From Turicibacter sp. TJ11 (lineage in GTDB: Bacteria > Bacillota_I > Bacilli_A > MOL361 > Turicibacteraceae): DNA of 32,000 nucleotides. Position 1 is the stretch's first letter, and the number at the start of each line of letters is the position of its first letter. Shown piece after piece: positions 1 to 8,243 of the stretch. The notes beneath the pieces were generated by a model, which worked only from the letters and a program-made list of their open reading frames with translations, searched no databases and was not told the origin of the DNA. Both the position numbers and the translations under genes were made by a program. The DNA lies in NCBI RefSeq assembly GCF_021497505.1, contig NZ_CP069349.1:179861-211860 (forward strand), read 5' to 3'.

Positions 1-345
1 GAATCAAATCAAAAACAATCAGTCACAACTATTTCAAAAGTTTCACAAGATGCTAAAGAGATCGTGTTTGATTTAGTCACTAACGAAAGTGAAGCCGCAT
101 TAAAGCTTGATTTTATAGCACCTTGTTGGTTAAGTGTGACATTAGATGGACAAAGTTTGATTGCAGGAGAGACTTATCAAGCAGGTGGAGTATTTGAGCA
201 AACGATCACAAGTGATCAGTTTGGGACATTAGATTTTAATGTTGGCGATGCCACAGCTATTAAAATTACAGTGAATGATGAGGATGTTGAATTTGAACCA
301 ACAACTCCACATCAATATATCAAAATTAATATTAAAACTGAGTAG
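1..345 (+). CDS. rodZ: C-terminal part of a RodZ-like morphogenesis protein (DUF4115-type C-terminal domain); the 5' end lies upstream of the window
   Basis: The frame of the 64..345 ORF stays open back to nt 1, so the GTG at 64 is not the true start. Its position directly upstream of pgsA matches ymfM/rodZ in B. subtilis. The beta-rich C-terminal pattern is typical of RodZ_C. Confidence 0.6.
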   Translation, partial: ESNQKQSVTTISKVSQDAKEIVFDLVTNESEAALKLDFIAPCWLSVTLDGQSLIAGETYQAGGVFEQTITSDQFGTLDFNVGDATAIKITVNDEDVEFEPTTPHQYIKINIKTE

Positions 346-355
346 GTGAGAGAAA

Positions 356-937
356 ATGAACTTAGCAAATAAGCTAACTTTATTACGTATTATTTTAATT
401 CCATTTTTTATTGTTTGTTTTTATATTCCTAACTTAATGATGAATACAGTATCGGTTAATAGTTACTTAATTCCTTATGCCAATCTTTTAGGATTAGTTA
501 TTTTTTTACTAGCTGCAATTACTGACTTCATTGATGGATACATCGCTCGTAAATATAACTTAATCACTGATTTCGGAAAATTTATGGATCCATTAGCGGA
601 TAAATTATTAGTAACAGCTGCGTTATTAATTTTACTTGAGAATGGTTTAATTTCTGCTTGGGTGGTATTCGTTATTTTAGCTCGTGAATTTATTGTGACA
701 GGATTTAGAACGATTGCAGCTGCGAAAGGTGTTGTCATTGCAGCGGGATGGCTGGGTAAAATTAAAACAGTTGTGCAATTTATTATGATATCGACTTTAT
801 TATTATTAAATTATCCATTTGAGTTATTTAATTGGCCGGTTGATCGAGTATTTGTTGCCTTAGCCGTTGTTTTAACGGTAGCTTCAGGTGTTGAATATAT
901 TTATAAAAATATGAATATTTTTGATGGTGCCAAATAA
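356..937 (+). CDS. pgsA: CDP-diacylglycerol--glycerol-3-phosphate 3-phosphatidyltransferase
   Basis: 193 aa multi-TM protein with the CDP-alcohol phosphatidyltransferase motif DFIDGYIARK...G.FMDPLADK. RBS GGTGAG lies upstream. Synteny rodZ-pgsA-recA. Confidence 0.93.
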   Translation: MNLANKLTLLRIILIPFFIVCFYIPNLMMNTVSVNSYLIPYANLLGLVIFLLAAITDFIDGYIARKYNLITDFGKFMDPLADKLLVTAALLILLENGLISAWVVFVILAREFIVTGFRTIAAAKGVVIAAGWLGKIKTVVQFIMISTLLLLNYPFELFNWPVDRVFVALAVVLTVASGVEYIYKNMNIFDGAK

Positions 938-964
938 AAAAGCGAAAATTTGTTCGCTTTTTTA
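938..964 (+). terminator. Rho-independent terminator of pgsA (AAAAGCGAA-loop-TTCGCTTTT plus T-run)
   Basis: Inverted repeat GCGAA/TTCGC flanked by an A-run and a T-run, immediately after the pgsA stop codon. Confidence 0.6.
943..956. promoter_or_regulatory. Candidate LexA (Cheo/SOS) box upstream of recA: CGAAAATTTGTTCG
   Basis: One mismatch to the Firmicute consensus CGAAC-N4-GTTCG (left half CGAAA). It lies about 115 nt upstream of the recA start and overlaps the pgsA terminator stem. Confidence 0.45.
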
Positions 965-1072
965 TTGCTTTTAAATAAAATATCGTTTATTATTAAAATT
1001 AATTCGAGGAAATTGACGATAAAATGGGTATGTTAATGTTAGATAAATATATGAAATTGGAGGATAAACAAT

Positions 1073-2098
1073 ATGAGTAACAATCGTGAAGCCGCTTTAA
1101 TGCAAGCTTTAAAAAGTATTGAAAAGCAATACGGTAAAGGTTCAGTTATGAAACTAGGTGAAAAAACAGATACACGTATTGAAGTCGTTTCATCTGGATC
1201 ATTAGCGTTAGATGCCGCACTAGGTGTAGGTGGTTATCCACGTGGACGTGTCATCGAAATCTACGGACCAGAAAGTTCAGGGAAAACAACATTTGCCTTA
1301 CACGCGATTGCCGAAGTACAAAAAGCGGGTGGAACAGCAGCGTTTATTGATGCAGAACATGCCTTAGATCCTGCTTATGCTGCTAAACTAGGTGTTGATA
1401 CGGATGAATTGTTAGTTTCACAACCTGATACAGGTGAGCAAGCGCTTGAAATTGCTGAGGCTTTAGTTCGAAGTGGAGCTATTGATATTTTAGTTGTCGA
1501 TTCAGTTGCTGCACTTGTTCCACGTGCTGAAATTGAAGGTGAGATGGGTGACTCACACGTTGGGTTACAAGCCCGCTTAATGTCACAAGCGTTACGTAAA
1601 TTATCAGGTGCTATTAATACAACAAAGACGATTGCGATCTTTATTAACCAAGTTCGTGAAAAAGTTGGGGTTATGTTTGGAAATCCTGAAGTCACACCAG
1701 GTGGACGTGCGTTAAAATTCTATTCAACAATTCGTCTTGAAGTTCGTCGTGGAGAAACGATTAAATTAGGAACAGATATTGTAGGGAATGTGGCGAAAAT
1801 TAAAGTTGTTAAGAATAAAGTTGCCCCACCATTTAAAGCAGTTGAAGTAGATGTGATGTATGGTGAGGGTGTTTCAAAACAAGGTGAGATTTTAGACCTT
1901 GCGGTTGAACACAATATCATTGAAAAAAGTGGATCTTGGTATTCATATAACGGTGAGAAAATGGGACAAGGTCGCGAAAATGCGAAATTGTTCTTAAAAG
2001 AAAATCCATTTATTATGGAAGAAATTGCTGATTTAATTCGTGCTGAATTAAACATCTCTACAACAGAACATGAACCAATGATGTTAGAAGAAGAATAA
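1073..2098 (+). CDS. recA: Recombinase RecA
   Basis: 341 aa with Walker [10 protein letters not shown] and a strongly conserved RecA sequence throughout. RBS GGAGGA 7 nt upstream. Confidence 0.98.
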   Translation: MSNNREAALMQALKSIEKQYGKGSVMKLGEKTDTRIEVVSSGSLALDAALGVGGYPRGRVIEIYGPESSGKTTFALHAIAEVQKAGGTAAFIDAEHALDPAYAAKLGVDTDELLVSQPDTGEQALEIAEALVRSGAIDILVVDSVAALVPRAEIEGEMGDSHVGLQARLMSQALRKLSGAINTTKTIAIFINQVREKVGVMFGNPEVTPGGRALKFYSTIRLEVRRGETIKLGTDIVGNVAKIKVVKNKVAPPFKAVEVDVMYGEGVSKQGEILDLAVEHNIIEKSGSWYSYNGEKMGQGRENAKLFLKENPFIMEEIADLIRAELNISTTEHEPMMLEEE

Positions 2099-2102
2099 AA
2101 GA

Positions 2103-2134
2103 GTGTCTCAGGTAAAACTGAGACACTTTTTTTT
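2103..2134 (+). terminator. Rho-independent terminator of recA
   Basis: Perfect 9-bp stem GTGTCTCAG/CTGAGACAC (2103-2111/2118-2126) followed by T8. Confidence 0.85.
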
Positions 2135-2151
2135 AGATTGTAGTGGAATTC

Positions 2152-2180
2152 TTGACATGTTATTACAATAATATTAAAAT
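2152..2180 (+). promoter_or_regulatory. Candidate sigmaA promoter for rny (TTGACA-17-TAAAAT)
   Basis: TTGACA at 2152-2157, a 17-nt spacer, TAAAAT at 2175-2180. It lies inside the over-extended ORF-track N-terminus. Confidence 0.5.
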
Positions 2181-2283
2181 AAAGAATGTAGTATTATATC
2201 ATAATACTAATTATCTTCAAACTATAGAACCGTTAATAGATCTATGGCGGATAATTGTATATCAAATAATTGGAGGTGGACGT

Positions 2284-3840
2284 GTGTTATTAGAAATCAT
2301 CATCTCCATTTTGCTAGTAGGGATAGGGTTAGTTATTGGGTATTTTATGAGAATGAAAGTGTATGAAGCTGAGTTAGAGAGAGCGCAACAAACAGCAACA
2401 CATATAATCTCAAAAGCTGAAAAAGAAGCTGAATCGAAAAAGAAAGAAGCACTTTTAGAAACGAAAGAAGAAGTCCAAAGACTTAAAGTTGATGCAGAAC
2501 GTGACATTAAGGAAAAAAAGACAGAACTTGTACGTTTAGAAGAGCGTCTAGTACAACGTGAAGAGACGATCGATCGTCGTATTTTAAACCTAGAGAAGCG
2601 CGAAATTGCTCTTGAGAAAAAAGATGAAGCTATCGCCGAAAAACAACTCGAACTAAAAGAACTTGAAAGCAAAGTGGAAGAAACTTTAGAAGGACAACGA
2701 CAAAAATTAGTTGAAATTTCTGGATTAACAACAGAAGAAGCTCGTGATATTATTTTTAGACGAGTTGAGGATGAAATGTCTCATGAAGTGGCTAAGTACA
2801 TTAAGGAAGAAGAAGAAAAAGCACGCTTAGAAGCAGATAAAAAAGCAAAAGAATTAATTGTCTTAGCTATTCAAAAATATGCATCGGAGCAAACAAGTGA
2901 TTACAGTGTCAATGTAGTCAACTTACCAAGTGATGAAATGAAAGGACGTATTATTGGTCGTGAAGGGCGTAACATTCGTACGATTGAATCGTTAACGGGG
3001 GTTGATTTAATCATTGATGATACACCTGAAGCTGTCGTTTTATCGTGCTTTGATCCAATCAGACGTGAAGTAGCACGTATTACTCTTGAAACGTTAGTGC
3101 AGGATGGTCGAATTCATCCAGCGCGTATTGAGGAAATTGTAGAAAAAACACGCCGTGAAGTTGATTTACGTGTTCGAGAATATGGTGAAAATGCTGTATT
3201 TGAAGTAGGAATTGGAAAAGTACATCCAGACTTAATGAAAATTTTAGGGCGTTTAAATTATCGAACAAGTTATGGTCAAAATGTATTAAGACATTCGATG
3301 GAAGTTGCTTTCCTATCTGGAATTATCGCGGCAGAACTCGGAGAAGATGTGAAGTTAGCTAAACGTGCTGGGCTTTTACATGACATCGGAAAAGCTGTCG
3401 ACCATGAAGTGGAAGGAAGCCACGTAGAAATTGGAATTGAGTTAGCGACACGTTATCGTGAGCATCCAGTCGTTATTGATGGAATTGCTTCACACCATGG
3501 TGATCGTGAACCACAAAGTTTAATCGCTGTTATTGTTGCTGCTGCCGATACCCTTTCAGCAGCAAGACCAGGTGCACGTAGTGAATCATTAGAAAACTAT
3601 GTCAAACGTTTAGAGCAATTAGAAAATATTGCTTGTCGATTTGAAGGGGTTGAAAAAGCCTTTGCTATCCAAGCAGGACGTGAAGTTCGTGTAGCAGTTA
3701 TTCCTGAACAACTTGATGATGTTCAAGCTCATCGCGTGGCACGTGAAATTCGCCAAACGATTGAAAATGAACTTGAGTATCCAGGAAATATTAAAATCAC
3801 AGTCATTCGTGAAACTCGTGCGGTAGAAACGGCACGCTAA
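2284..3840 (+). CDS. rny: Ribonuclease Y (N-terminal TM helix, coiled coil, KH and HD domains)
   Basis: GTG at 2284 lies 7 nt after GGAGGTGGA and gives the typical RNase Y N-terminal TM helix ([21 protein letters not shown]). KH motif [12 protein letters not shown]; HD motif LLHDIGK...SHH. About 518 aa, as in B. subtilis. The track start at 2143 is an upstream over-extension. Confidence 0.93.
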   Translation: MLLEIIISILLVGIGLVIGYFMRMKVYEAELERAQQTATHIISKAEKEAESKKKEALLETKEEVQRLKVDAERDIKEKKTELVRLEERLVQREETIDRRILNLEKREIALEKKDEAIAEKQLELKELESKVEETLEGQRQKLVEISGLTTEEARDIIFRRVEDEMSHEVAKYIKEEEEKARLEADKKAKELIVLAIQKYASEQTSDYSVNVVNLPSDEMKGRIIGREGRNIRTIESLTGVDLIIDDTPEAVVLSCFDPIRREVARITLETLVQDGRIHPARIEEIVEKTRREVDLRVREYGENAVFEVGIGKVHPDLMKILGRLNYRTSYGQNVLRHSMEVAFLSGIIAAELGEDVKLAKRAGLLHDIGKAVDHEVEGSHVEIGIELATRYREHPVVIDGIASHHGDREPQSLIAVIVAAADTLSAARPGARSESLENYVKRLEQLENIACRFEGVEKAFAIQAGREVRVAVIPEQLDDVQAHRVAREIRQTIENELEYPGNIKITVIRETRAVETAR

Positions 3841-3861
3841 AATATTCAATTCAATTAATGG

Positions 3862-3903
3862 ATTAAAGAGCTATTAATGTGTTGACATTAATAGCTCTTT
3901 AAT
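3862..3903 (+). other. Perfect 17-18 bp stem-loop between rny and ymdB
   Basis: TTAAAGAGCTATTAATG (3863-3879) pairs perfectly with CATTAATAGCTCTTTAA (3886-3902) around a 6-nt loop. There is no clean U-tract. TTGACA at 3882-3887 spans the loop/stem junction. Confidence 0.5.
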
Positions 3904-3957
3904 ATGTATACTAAATTTATAAAACTTATTAAAGGAACGACTAGAAAGGCTGATAGA

Positions 3958-4749
3958 ATGAAAATTTTATTTATAGGAGATATTTACGGATCGCTAGGAC
4001 GTGAAATCATTCAAGAGCAATTACCTAAAATAAAAGAAACTTATAAACCACACTTTATTATTGCAAATGGAGAAAATATTTCTCATGGAAAAGGAATTAA
4101 TGAAAAATATTATAAGTTTTTATTAGAACAAGGAGTTAATGTGGTGACACTAGGGAATCACACGTGGGATAATCGCTCAATCTTTGATTTTATTGATGAG
4201 ACAGATAAGTTAGTTCGTCCGGCTAATTTCCCAACATCTAATCCAGGGAAAGGATTAACTTTTGTCAAATTTAACTCATATGAAGTGGCTGTCATTTCGA
4301 TACAAGGACGTACGTTTATGCCAATGATTAATTGTCCATTTGAAAAAATAGATGAATTAGTTGAGGAAGCTAAAAAACGTACTAATATTATTTTTGTAGA
4401 TTTTCATGCTGAGGCAACAAGTGAAAAAATCGCAATGGGTTATTTCTTAGATGGACGAGTAAGTGCAGTCGTTGGAACACATACTCACGTTCCAACAGCA
4501 GATGAACGTGTTTTAGCTAAAGGGACAGCATATATTACAGATGTTGGAATGACAGGTCCATTAGATGGTGTTATTGGAGTTGAACGTGAAAACGTGATTA
4601 ATAAATTTATAACAGGATTACCGATACGTTTTAATGCATTAGAACAAGGATCAGCACAATTAAATGCCGTTTTAGTTGATGTTAATGAAAAGACAGGAAA
4701 AGCCTCTTCAATTCAACGCATTAATTTGAAGAAAGAATCAACTTTATAA
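3958..4749 (+). CDS. ymdB: YmdB-type metallophosphoesterase (2',3'-cyclic-nucleotide 2'-phosphodiesterase, TIGR00282 family)
   Basis: MKILFIGDIYG... plus GNH/DFHAE/GTHTHV metallophosphoesterase motifs. 263 aa from the ATG at 3958 (RBS AAAGG 8 nt upstream), matching the length of B. subtilis YmdB. rny-ymdB synteny. Confidence 0.88.
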   Translation: MKILFIGDIYGSLGREIIQEQLPKIKETYKPHFIIANGENISHGKGINEKYYKFLLEQGVNVVTLGNHTWDNRSIFDFIDETDKLVRPANFPTSNPGKGLTFVKFNSYEVAVISIQGRTFMPMINCPFEKIDELVEEAKKRTNIIFVDFHAEATSEKIAMGYFLDGRVSAVVGTHTHVPTADERVLAKGTAYITDVGMTGPLDGVIGVERENVINKFITGLPIRFNALEQGSAQLNAVLVDVNEKTGKASSIQRINLKKESTL

Positions 4750-4817
4750 AATTTAGTCATGTATTAGGATGGGGGAGCATAGACTTACTATGTAAAACAC
4801 AAAAGAGGGGGACTAGT

Positions 4818-5081
4818 ATGGAAGTATTAAAAGTATCATCAAAATCTAATCCTAATTCAGTTGCAGGTGCTTTAGCGAATGCATTTCGTGAAAGAGGACT
4901 TGTAGAGATTCAGGCAATTGGAGCAGGAGCATTAAATCAAGCAGTGAAAGCTATCGCCATTGCTAGAGGATATGTGGCACCAACAGGGAAAGATTTAATT
5001 TGTATTCCGGCGTTTACCGATATTTTAATTGATGGTGAAGAGCGTACGGCAATCAAGCTTATTGTTGAGTCAAGACAATAG
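4818..5081 (+). CDS. spoVS: Stage V sporulation protein S
   Basis: 87 aa starting MEVLKVSSKSNPNSVAGALA...; highly conserved SpoVS sequence. Strong RBS AGAGGGGGA. Confidence 0.95.
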   Translation: MEVLKVSSKSNPNSVAGALANAFRERGLVEIQAIGAGALNQAVKAIAIARGYVAPTGKDLICIPAFTDILIDGEERTAIKLIVESRQ

Positions 5082-5098
5082 TTTTTTAATAAGAAAAG

Positions 5099-5128
5099 GC
5101 TAGTGCTTAGTTAGGCACTAGCTTTTTT
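5099..5128 (+). terminator. Rho-independent terminator of spoVS
   Basis: GCTAGTGC/GCACTAGC stem (5099-5106/5115-5122) followed by T6. Confidence 0.85.
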
Positions 5129-5279
5129 AATCAAATCCTTTTAACTCCATAGTCTTGAAGTGAGATGGACATGAGTTGATTATTCTATATAATCTAATGT
5201 ATAATAGAGCAAGTGACTCGTGTTTTGTCACATAGAGAATGTAGTTGATAATTAAAGCTTTAAGATATAGGTGATAAGG

Positions 5280-6788
5280 ATGAATGAACAACAAAAAGAA
5301 TTAACAATGCAAGCTAATCAGCCAAAAGCTGAAAAAGATTATAGTCGCTATTTCCAACGTCCAAGTATTAATAGTGCACGTAAACGTAGCCGTGAGCAAG
5401 CGAACGTTCACCGTGATTTTGCGATTGAAGATTCAATTAAAAACATTGGAAAAGGTAAAAAATATTTAATCCAAACTTATGGTTGCCAAATGAATGAACA
5501 TGATTCAGAAGCTATTATTGGGATTGCGGAAGAGTTAGGTTATACAAAAGCAACTTCACACGAGGAAGCAGATTTAATTATTTTAAATACATGTGCAATT
5601 CGTGAGAATGCCGAAAATCGTGTTTTTGGTGAATTAGGTCGATTAAAGAGTTTAAAACGTACGAACCCTGACTTAATCTTAGGGGTATGTGGTTGTATGT
5701 CACAAGAAGAAAAAGTAGTTAATCAAATTATGGAGAAATATCAACATGTTGATTTAGTCTTTGGTACACATAATATTTATCGCTTACCAGAATATATTCA
5801 TAATGCATTAATGGGGAAAGAACGTGTAATTGAAGTATGGTCTCAAGAAGGTGAGATCGTTGAAAACATGCCTCGTACACGTCAAGGAAGTATTAAAGCA
5901 TGGGTTAATATTATGTATGGATGCGATGAGTTCTGTACATACTGTATTGTACCGTATACACGCGGAAAAGAGCGTAGCCGTATGCCAGAAGATATTATTG
6001 CAGAAATTAAGCATTTAGCAGCTGAAGGATATCAAGAGGTTACGTTATTAGGACAAAACGTTAATGCATACGGAAAAGATTTTAAAGATCGTGAGTACAC
6101 ATTCGGTGATTTATTAGACGATTTACATAAAATTGATATTCCTCGTATTCGTTTTACGACATCACACCCACGTGATTTTGATGAAAAAACAATTCAAGCA
6201 TTAGCAAAACGTGGAAACTTAATGGAGCACATTCATTTACCAGTTCAATCTGGAAATAATGACGTATTAAAGCGTATGAATCGTAAATATACACGTGAAA
6301 TGTATTTACAATTAGTTCGTGATCTTAAAGAAGCGATTCCAGGGGTATCTATTACAACAGATATTATTGTTGGATTCCCAGGTGAAACAGAAGAGCAATT
6401 CCAAGATACATTATCATTAGTAGAAGAGGTTGGATACGAAGGAGCCTTCACATTCATCTTCTCACCACGTGAAGGAACACCAGCTGCACGTATGGAAGAC
6501 AATGTACCAGAAGCAGATAAAAAAGATCGTTTAAATCGTTTAAATGAAGCAATTAATCGAGGGTTCCGCAACGGAAATAAACGTTTTGAAGGAACAGTCG
6601 TCGATGTATTAGTTGAAGGAACAAGTAAAAACGATGATACGATGTTAGCTGGATATACACGCCATAACAAATTAGTTAACTTTAAAGGCGATGAAACGAA
6701 AATTGGGCAAATCGTTAAAGTTAAAATCACCGAAGCTAAAACATGGCATTTAGCTGGAGAGATGGTTAACGATGAACAAACAAACTAA
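5280..6788 (+). CDS. miaB: tRNA-2-methylthio-N6-dimethylallyladenosine synthase (radical SAM methylthiotransferase MiaB)
   Basis: N-terminal MTTase cysteines (YGCQMN, NTCAIRE, GVCGCM), radical [11 protein letters not shown] motif and a TRAM domain. The ATG at 5280 gives MNEQQKE..., like B. subtilis YmcB/MiaB, with AGGTGA 6 nt upstream. Confidence 0.93.
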   Translation: MNEQQKELTMQANQPKAEKDYSRYFQRPSINSARKRSREQANVHRDFAIEDSIKNIGKGKKYLIQTYGCQMNEHDSEAIIGIAEELGYTKATSHEEADLIILNTCAIRENAENRVFGELGRLKSLKRTNPDLILGVCGCMSQEEKVVNQIMEKYQHVDLVFGTHNIYRLPEYIHNALMGKERVIEVWSQEGEIVENMPRTRQGSIKAWVNIMYGCDEFCTYCIVPYTRGKERSRMPEDIIAEIKHLAAEGYQEVTLLGQNVNAYGKDFKDREYTFGDLLDDLHKIDIPRIRFTTSHPRDFDEKTIQALAKRGNLMEHIHLPVQSGNNDVLKRMNRKYTREMYLQLVRDLKEAIPGVSITTDIIVGFPGETEEQFQDTLSLVEEVGYEGAFTFIFSPREGTPAARMEDNVPEADKKDRLNRLNEAINRGFRNGNKRFEGTVVDVLVEGTSKNDDTMLAGYTRHNKLVNFKGDETKIGQIVKVKITEAKTWHLAGEMVNDEQTN

Positions 6789-7122
6789 TTTACCTTCTTT
6801 TGAAAAGTTAAAAGAGAAACTATCAACGGATCCTGTTTTAGAGCGTTATCGTCAGCTAACCCAAAAGGTTCATCAAAATGATAAACTTTTGGGATTATAC
6901 GATGACTATATTCAAAAGCAAAAAGAGTTGATTAAACTAGAGTACTATGGAAAAACGAATGCTTCTTCACAAAAAGAGGCTGAGTTAAAAGCTATTGAAG
7001 CCAAGCTTTATGATAATCCACTGTTTAATGAATATATTCAAACTCAAATTGAGTTAAATGAACTCTTTTTAACTATGACTCATATCATACAATATAAGGT
7101 TAATAAACATCTTAGTGAATAG
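6772..7122 (+). CDS. ymcA: YmcA/YlbF-family protein (RicA-like; competence/biofilm/RNA-maturation regulator family)
   Basis: 116 aa helical protein directly downstream of miaB, overlapping it by 17 nt, as ymcA is in B. subtilis. The YlbF/YmcA-like pattern (...[11 protein letters not shown]...NPLFNEY...) is recognised by eye only. Confidence 0.7.
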   Translation: MNKQTNLPSFEKLKEKLSTDPVLERYRQLTQKVHQNDKLLGLYDDYIQKQKELIKLEYYGKTNASSQKEAELKAIEAKLYDNPLFNEYIQTQIELNELFLTMTHIIQYKVNKHLSE

Positions 7123-7136
7123 CTAAGATGTTTTTT
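7108..7136 (+). terminator. Rho-independent terminator of miaB-ymcA
   Basis: CATCTTAG/CTAAGATG stem (7108-7115/7123-7130) spanning the stop codon, followed by T6. Confidence 0.75.
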
Positions 7137-7288
7137 AATTTTACATAATGAGACATGAATGGGTGATGGATGTCGGAGAGCTTCACGAGAAGGTAGGATT
7201 TTTTTCTCGAATGAAATCTCATAAAGTCATTTAATTAAGTATCAAATAGGTCAAGAGCTGAATATAGTATCAGTGAGGAGGTATTAGG

Positions 7289-7834
7289 ATGAATGATATT
7301 CGTGAAATTGTAACTAAAGCTGTAATTGGAAAAGGTAAAAAAAGATTTAAAATCACATCGCCTCTTAATGATTTGAGAAGTCCAGCAGATAGTATTTTAG
7401 GTTGCTGGATTATTAATCATAAATTCGGAGCAAGAAAATGTGATAATTCTGTTGCTGTAAAAGGTGTTTATGACATTAACGTTTGGTATTCATTTGCTGA
7501 CAATACGCAAACAGAAGTAGCTCGTCAAACAATTGAATATGATGACCAAGTTAATGTTCATCGTACAATTCGTGATTGCCTATACGAAGGTGATGAAGTG
7601 ATCGCAAGAACAATTCAACAACCAACTTGTGTAGACGCTCGAATTGAAGATGGAGAAATTGTGGTTGAGGTAGAATTTGAAATTGTGGTTGAGGTCATTG
7701 GAGAAACAAAAATGCGCGTTTCAATCTTAGGTCCAGTCGAAAGTGATATGGATAGTGACGACGATGATGAAGATGAAATCGACCAACAAATTAATCCAAA
7801 TTTCTTGAAAAATTCACCTTTTAGAGGAGAATAA
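7289..7834 (+). CDS. cotE: Spore coat morphogenetic protein CotE
   Basis: 181 aa, the same length as B. subtilis CotE. Recognisable blocks: REI.TKAV, SILG.WIINHK, YDINVWYS.ADNT.TEV, GETK, and an acidic C-terminal tail with INP.FL. Synteny ymcA-cotE-mutS. Confidence 0.9.
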   Translation: MNDIREIVTKAVIGKGKKRFKITSPLNDLRSPADSILGCWIINHKFGARKCDNSVAVKGVYDINVWYSFADNTQTEVARQTIEYDDQVNVHRTIRDCLYEGDEVIARTIQQPTCVDARIEDGEIVVEVEFEIVVEVIGETKMRVSILGPVESDMDSDDDDEDEIDQQINPNFLKNSPFRGE

Positions 7835-7859
7835 GGCAGTCATGCCTTATTCTTTTTTT
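7829..7859 (+). terminator. Rho-independent terminator of cotE
   Basis: Perfect 10-bp stem GAATAAGGCA/TGCCTTATTC (7829-7838/7843-7852) followed by T7. Confidence 0.85.
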
Positions 7860-8183
7860 ATGGGCTAAATTTCTCAATGTAGTTTTTCTCATCAGTGAGA
7901 AGACAAATTCAATAACAAGGTAAGAACCTCCCTAGATGATAGGAATAGTTTTTATACATGAAATACTAGGCGGGTGCTGAGACTTAAGTGTTTCTGATTA
8001 AGAGGCTATTTTTATTTCCGGGAAAATAATCGATTAGATATGAATCAGGCTGACATTCTTTAATGTTGGTCATAAAAAGAGTGACACGAAGAAGACATTA
8101 AGTCACAACTAGTCTGATTAAAAAAGGTTAGTTTCGCCTATCATAGAAGAAATTGAAATGTTTGTAATCCATCGCTAGAACCG

Positions 8184-8211
8184 TTCTTAAATCGACACTT
8201 TATGCTATAAT
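8184..8211 (+). promoter_or_regulatory. Candidate extended -10 promoter for mutS-mutL (TGCTATAAT)
   Basis: TATAAT at 8206-8211 with TG at 8203-8204. Weak -35 TTCTTA at 8184-8189. Confidence 0.4.
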
Positions 8212-8243
8212 AAAACCATGTAAATAAAAAAGGAGTTTTGATC

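Noticed and set aside
475-738. 87-aa minus-strand ORF inside pgsA
   Set aside because: It is fully antisense to a well-supported conserved CDS, has no RBS, and has low-complexity composition. It is a typical shadow ORF.
1375-2055. Two minus-strand ORFs (1375..1695 and 1720..2055) inside recA
   Set aside because: They are antisense shadows of recA, with no start-site signals and no recognisable domains.
2143-2283. N-terminal extension of rny in the ORF track (565 aa)
   Set aside because: The extension contains a TTGACA-17-TAAAAT promoter and has no RBS. GTG 2284 after GGAGGTGGA gives the canonical RNase Y N-terminal TM helix and length.
2262-2672. 136-aa Ser/Phe-rich minus-strand ORF inside rny; also 3080..3268 and 3619..3849
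   Set aside because: It is the complement of the Lys/Glu-rich coiled-coil coding region of RNase Y, which yields a stop-free, low-complexity antisense frame. It is not a gene.
5808-6730. Alternative-frame and antisense ORFs within miaB (5808..6014 -, 5830..6018 +, 6245..6730 -)
   Set aside because: They are embedded in a strongly conserved radical-SAM CDS, with no translation signals.
7137-7288. Attempt to assign sigmaE/sigmaK promoters to cotE
   Set aside because: Only partial matches were seen (e.g. AATATAGTA versus the sigmaK -10 CATA---TA), and none had a correctly spaced -35. This is too weak to report as a feature.
8177-8187. Palindrome AGAAC-C-GTTCT upstream of mutS as a possible LexA box
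   Set aside because: The half-sites are separated by 1 nt, not the 4 nt required for a Cheo box (GAAC-N4-GTTC). No known regulator is assigned.
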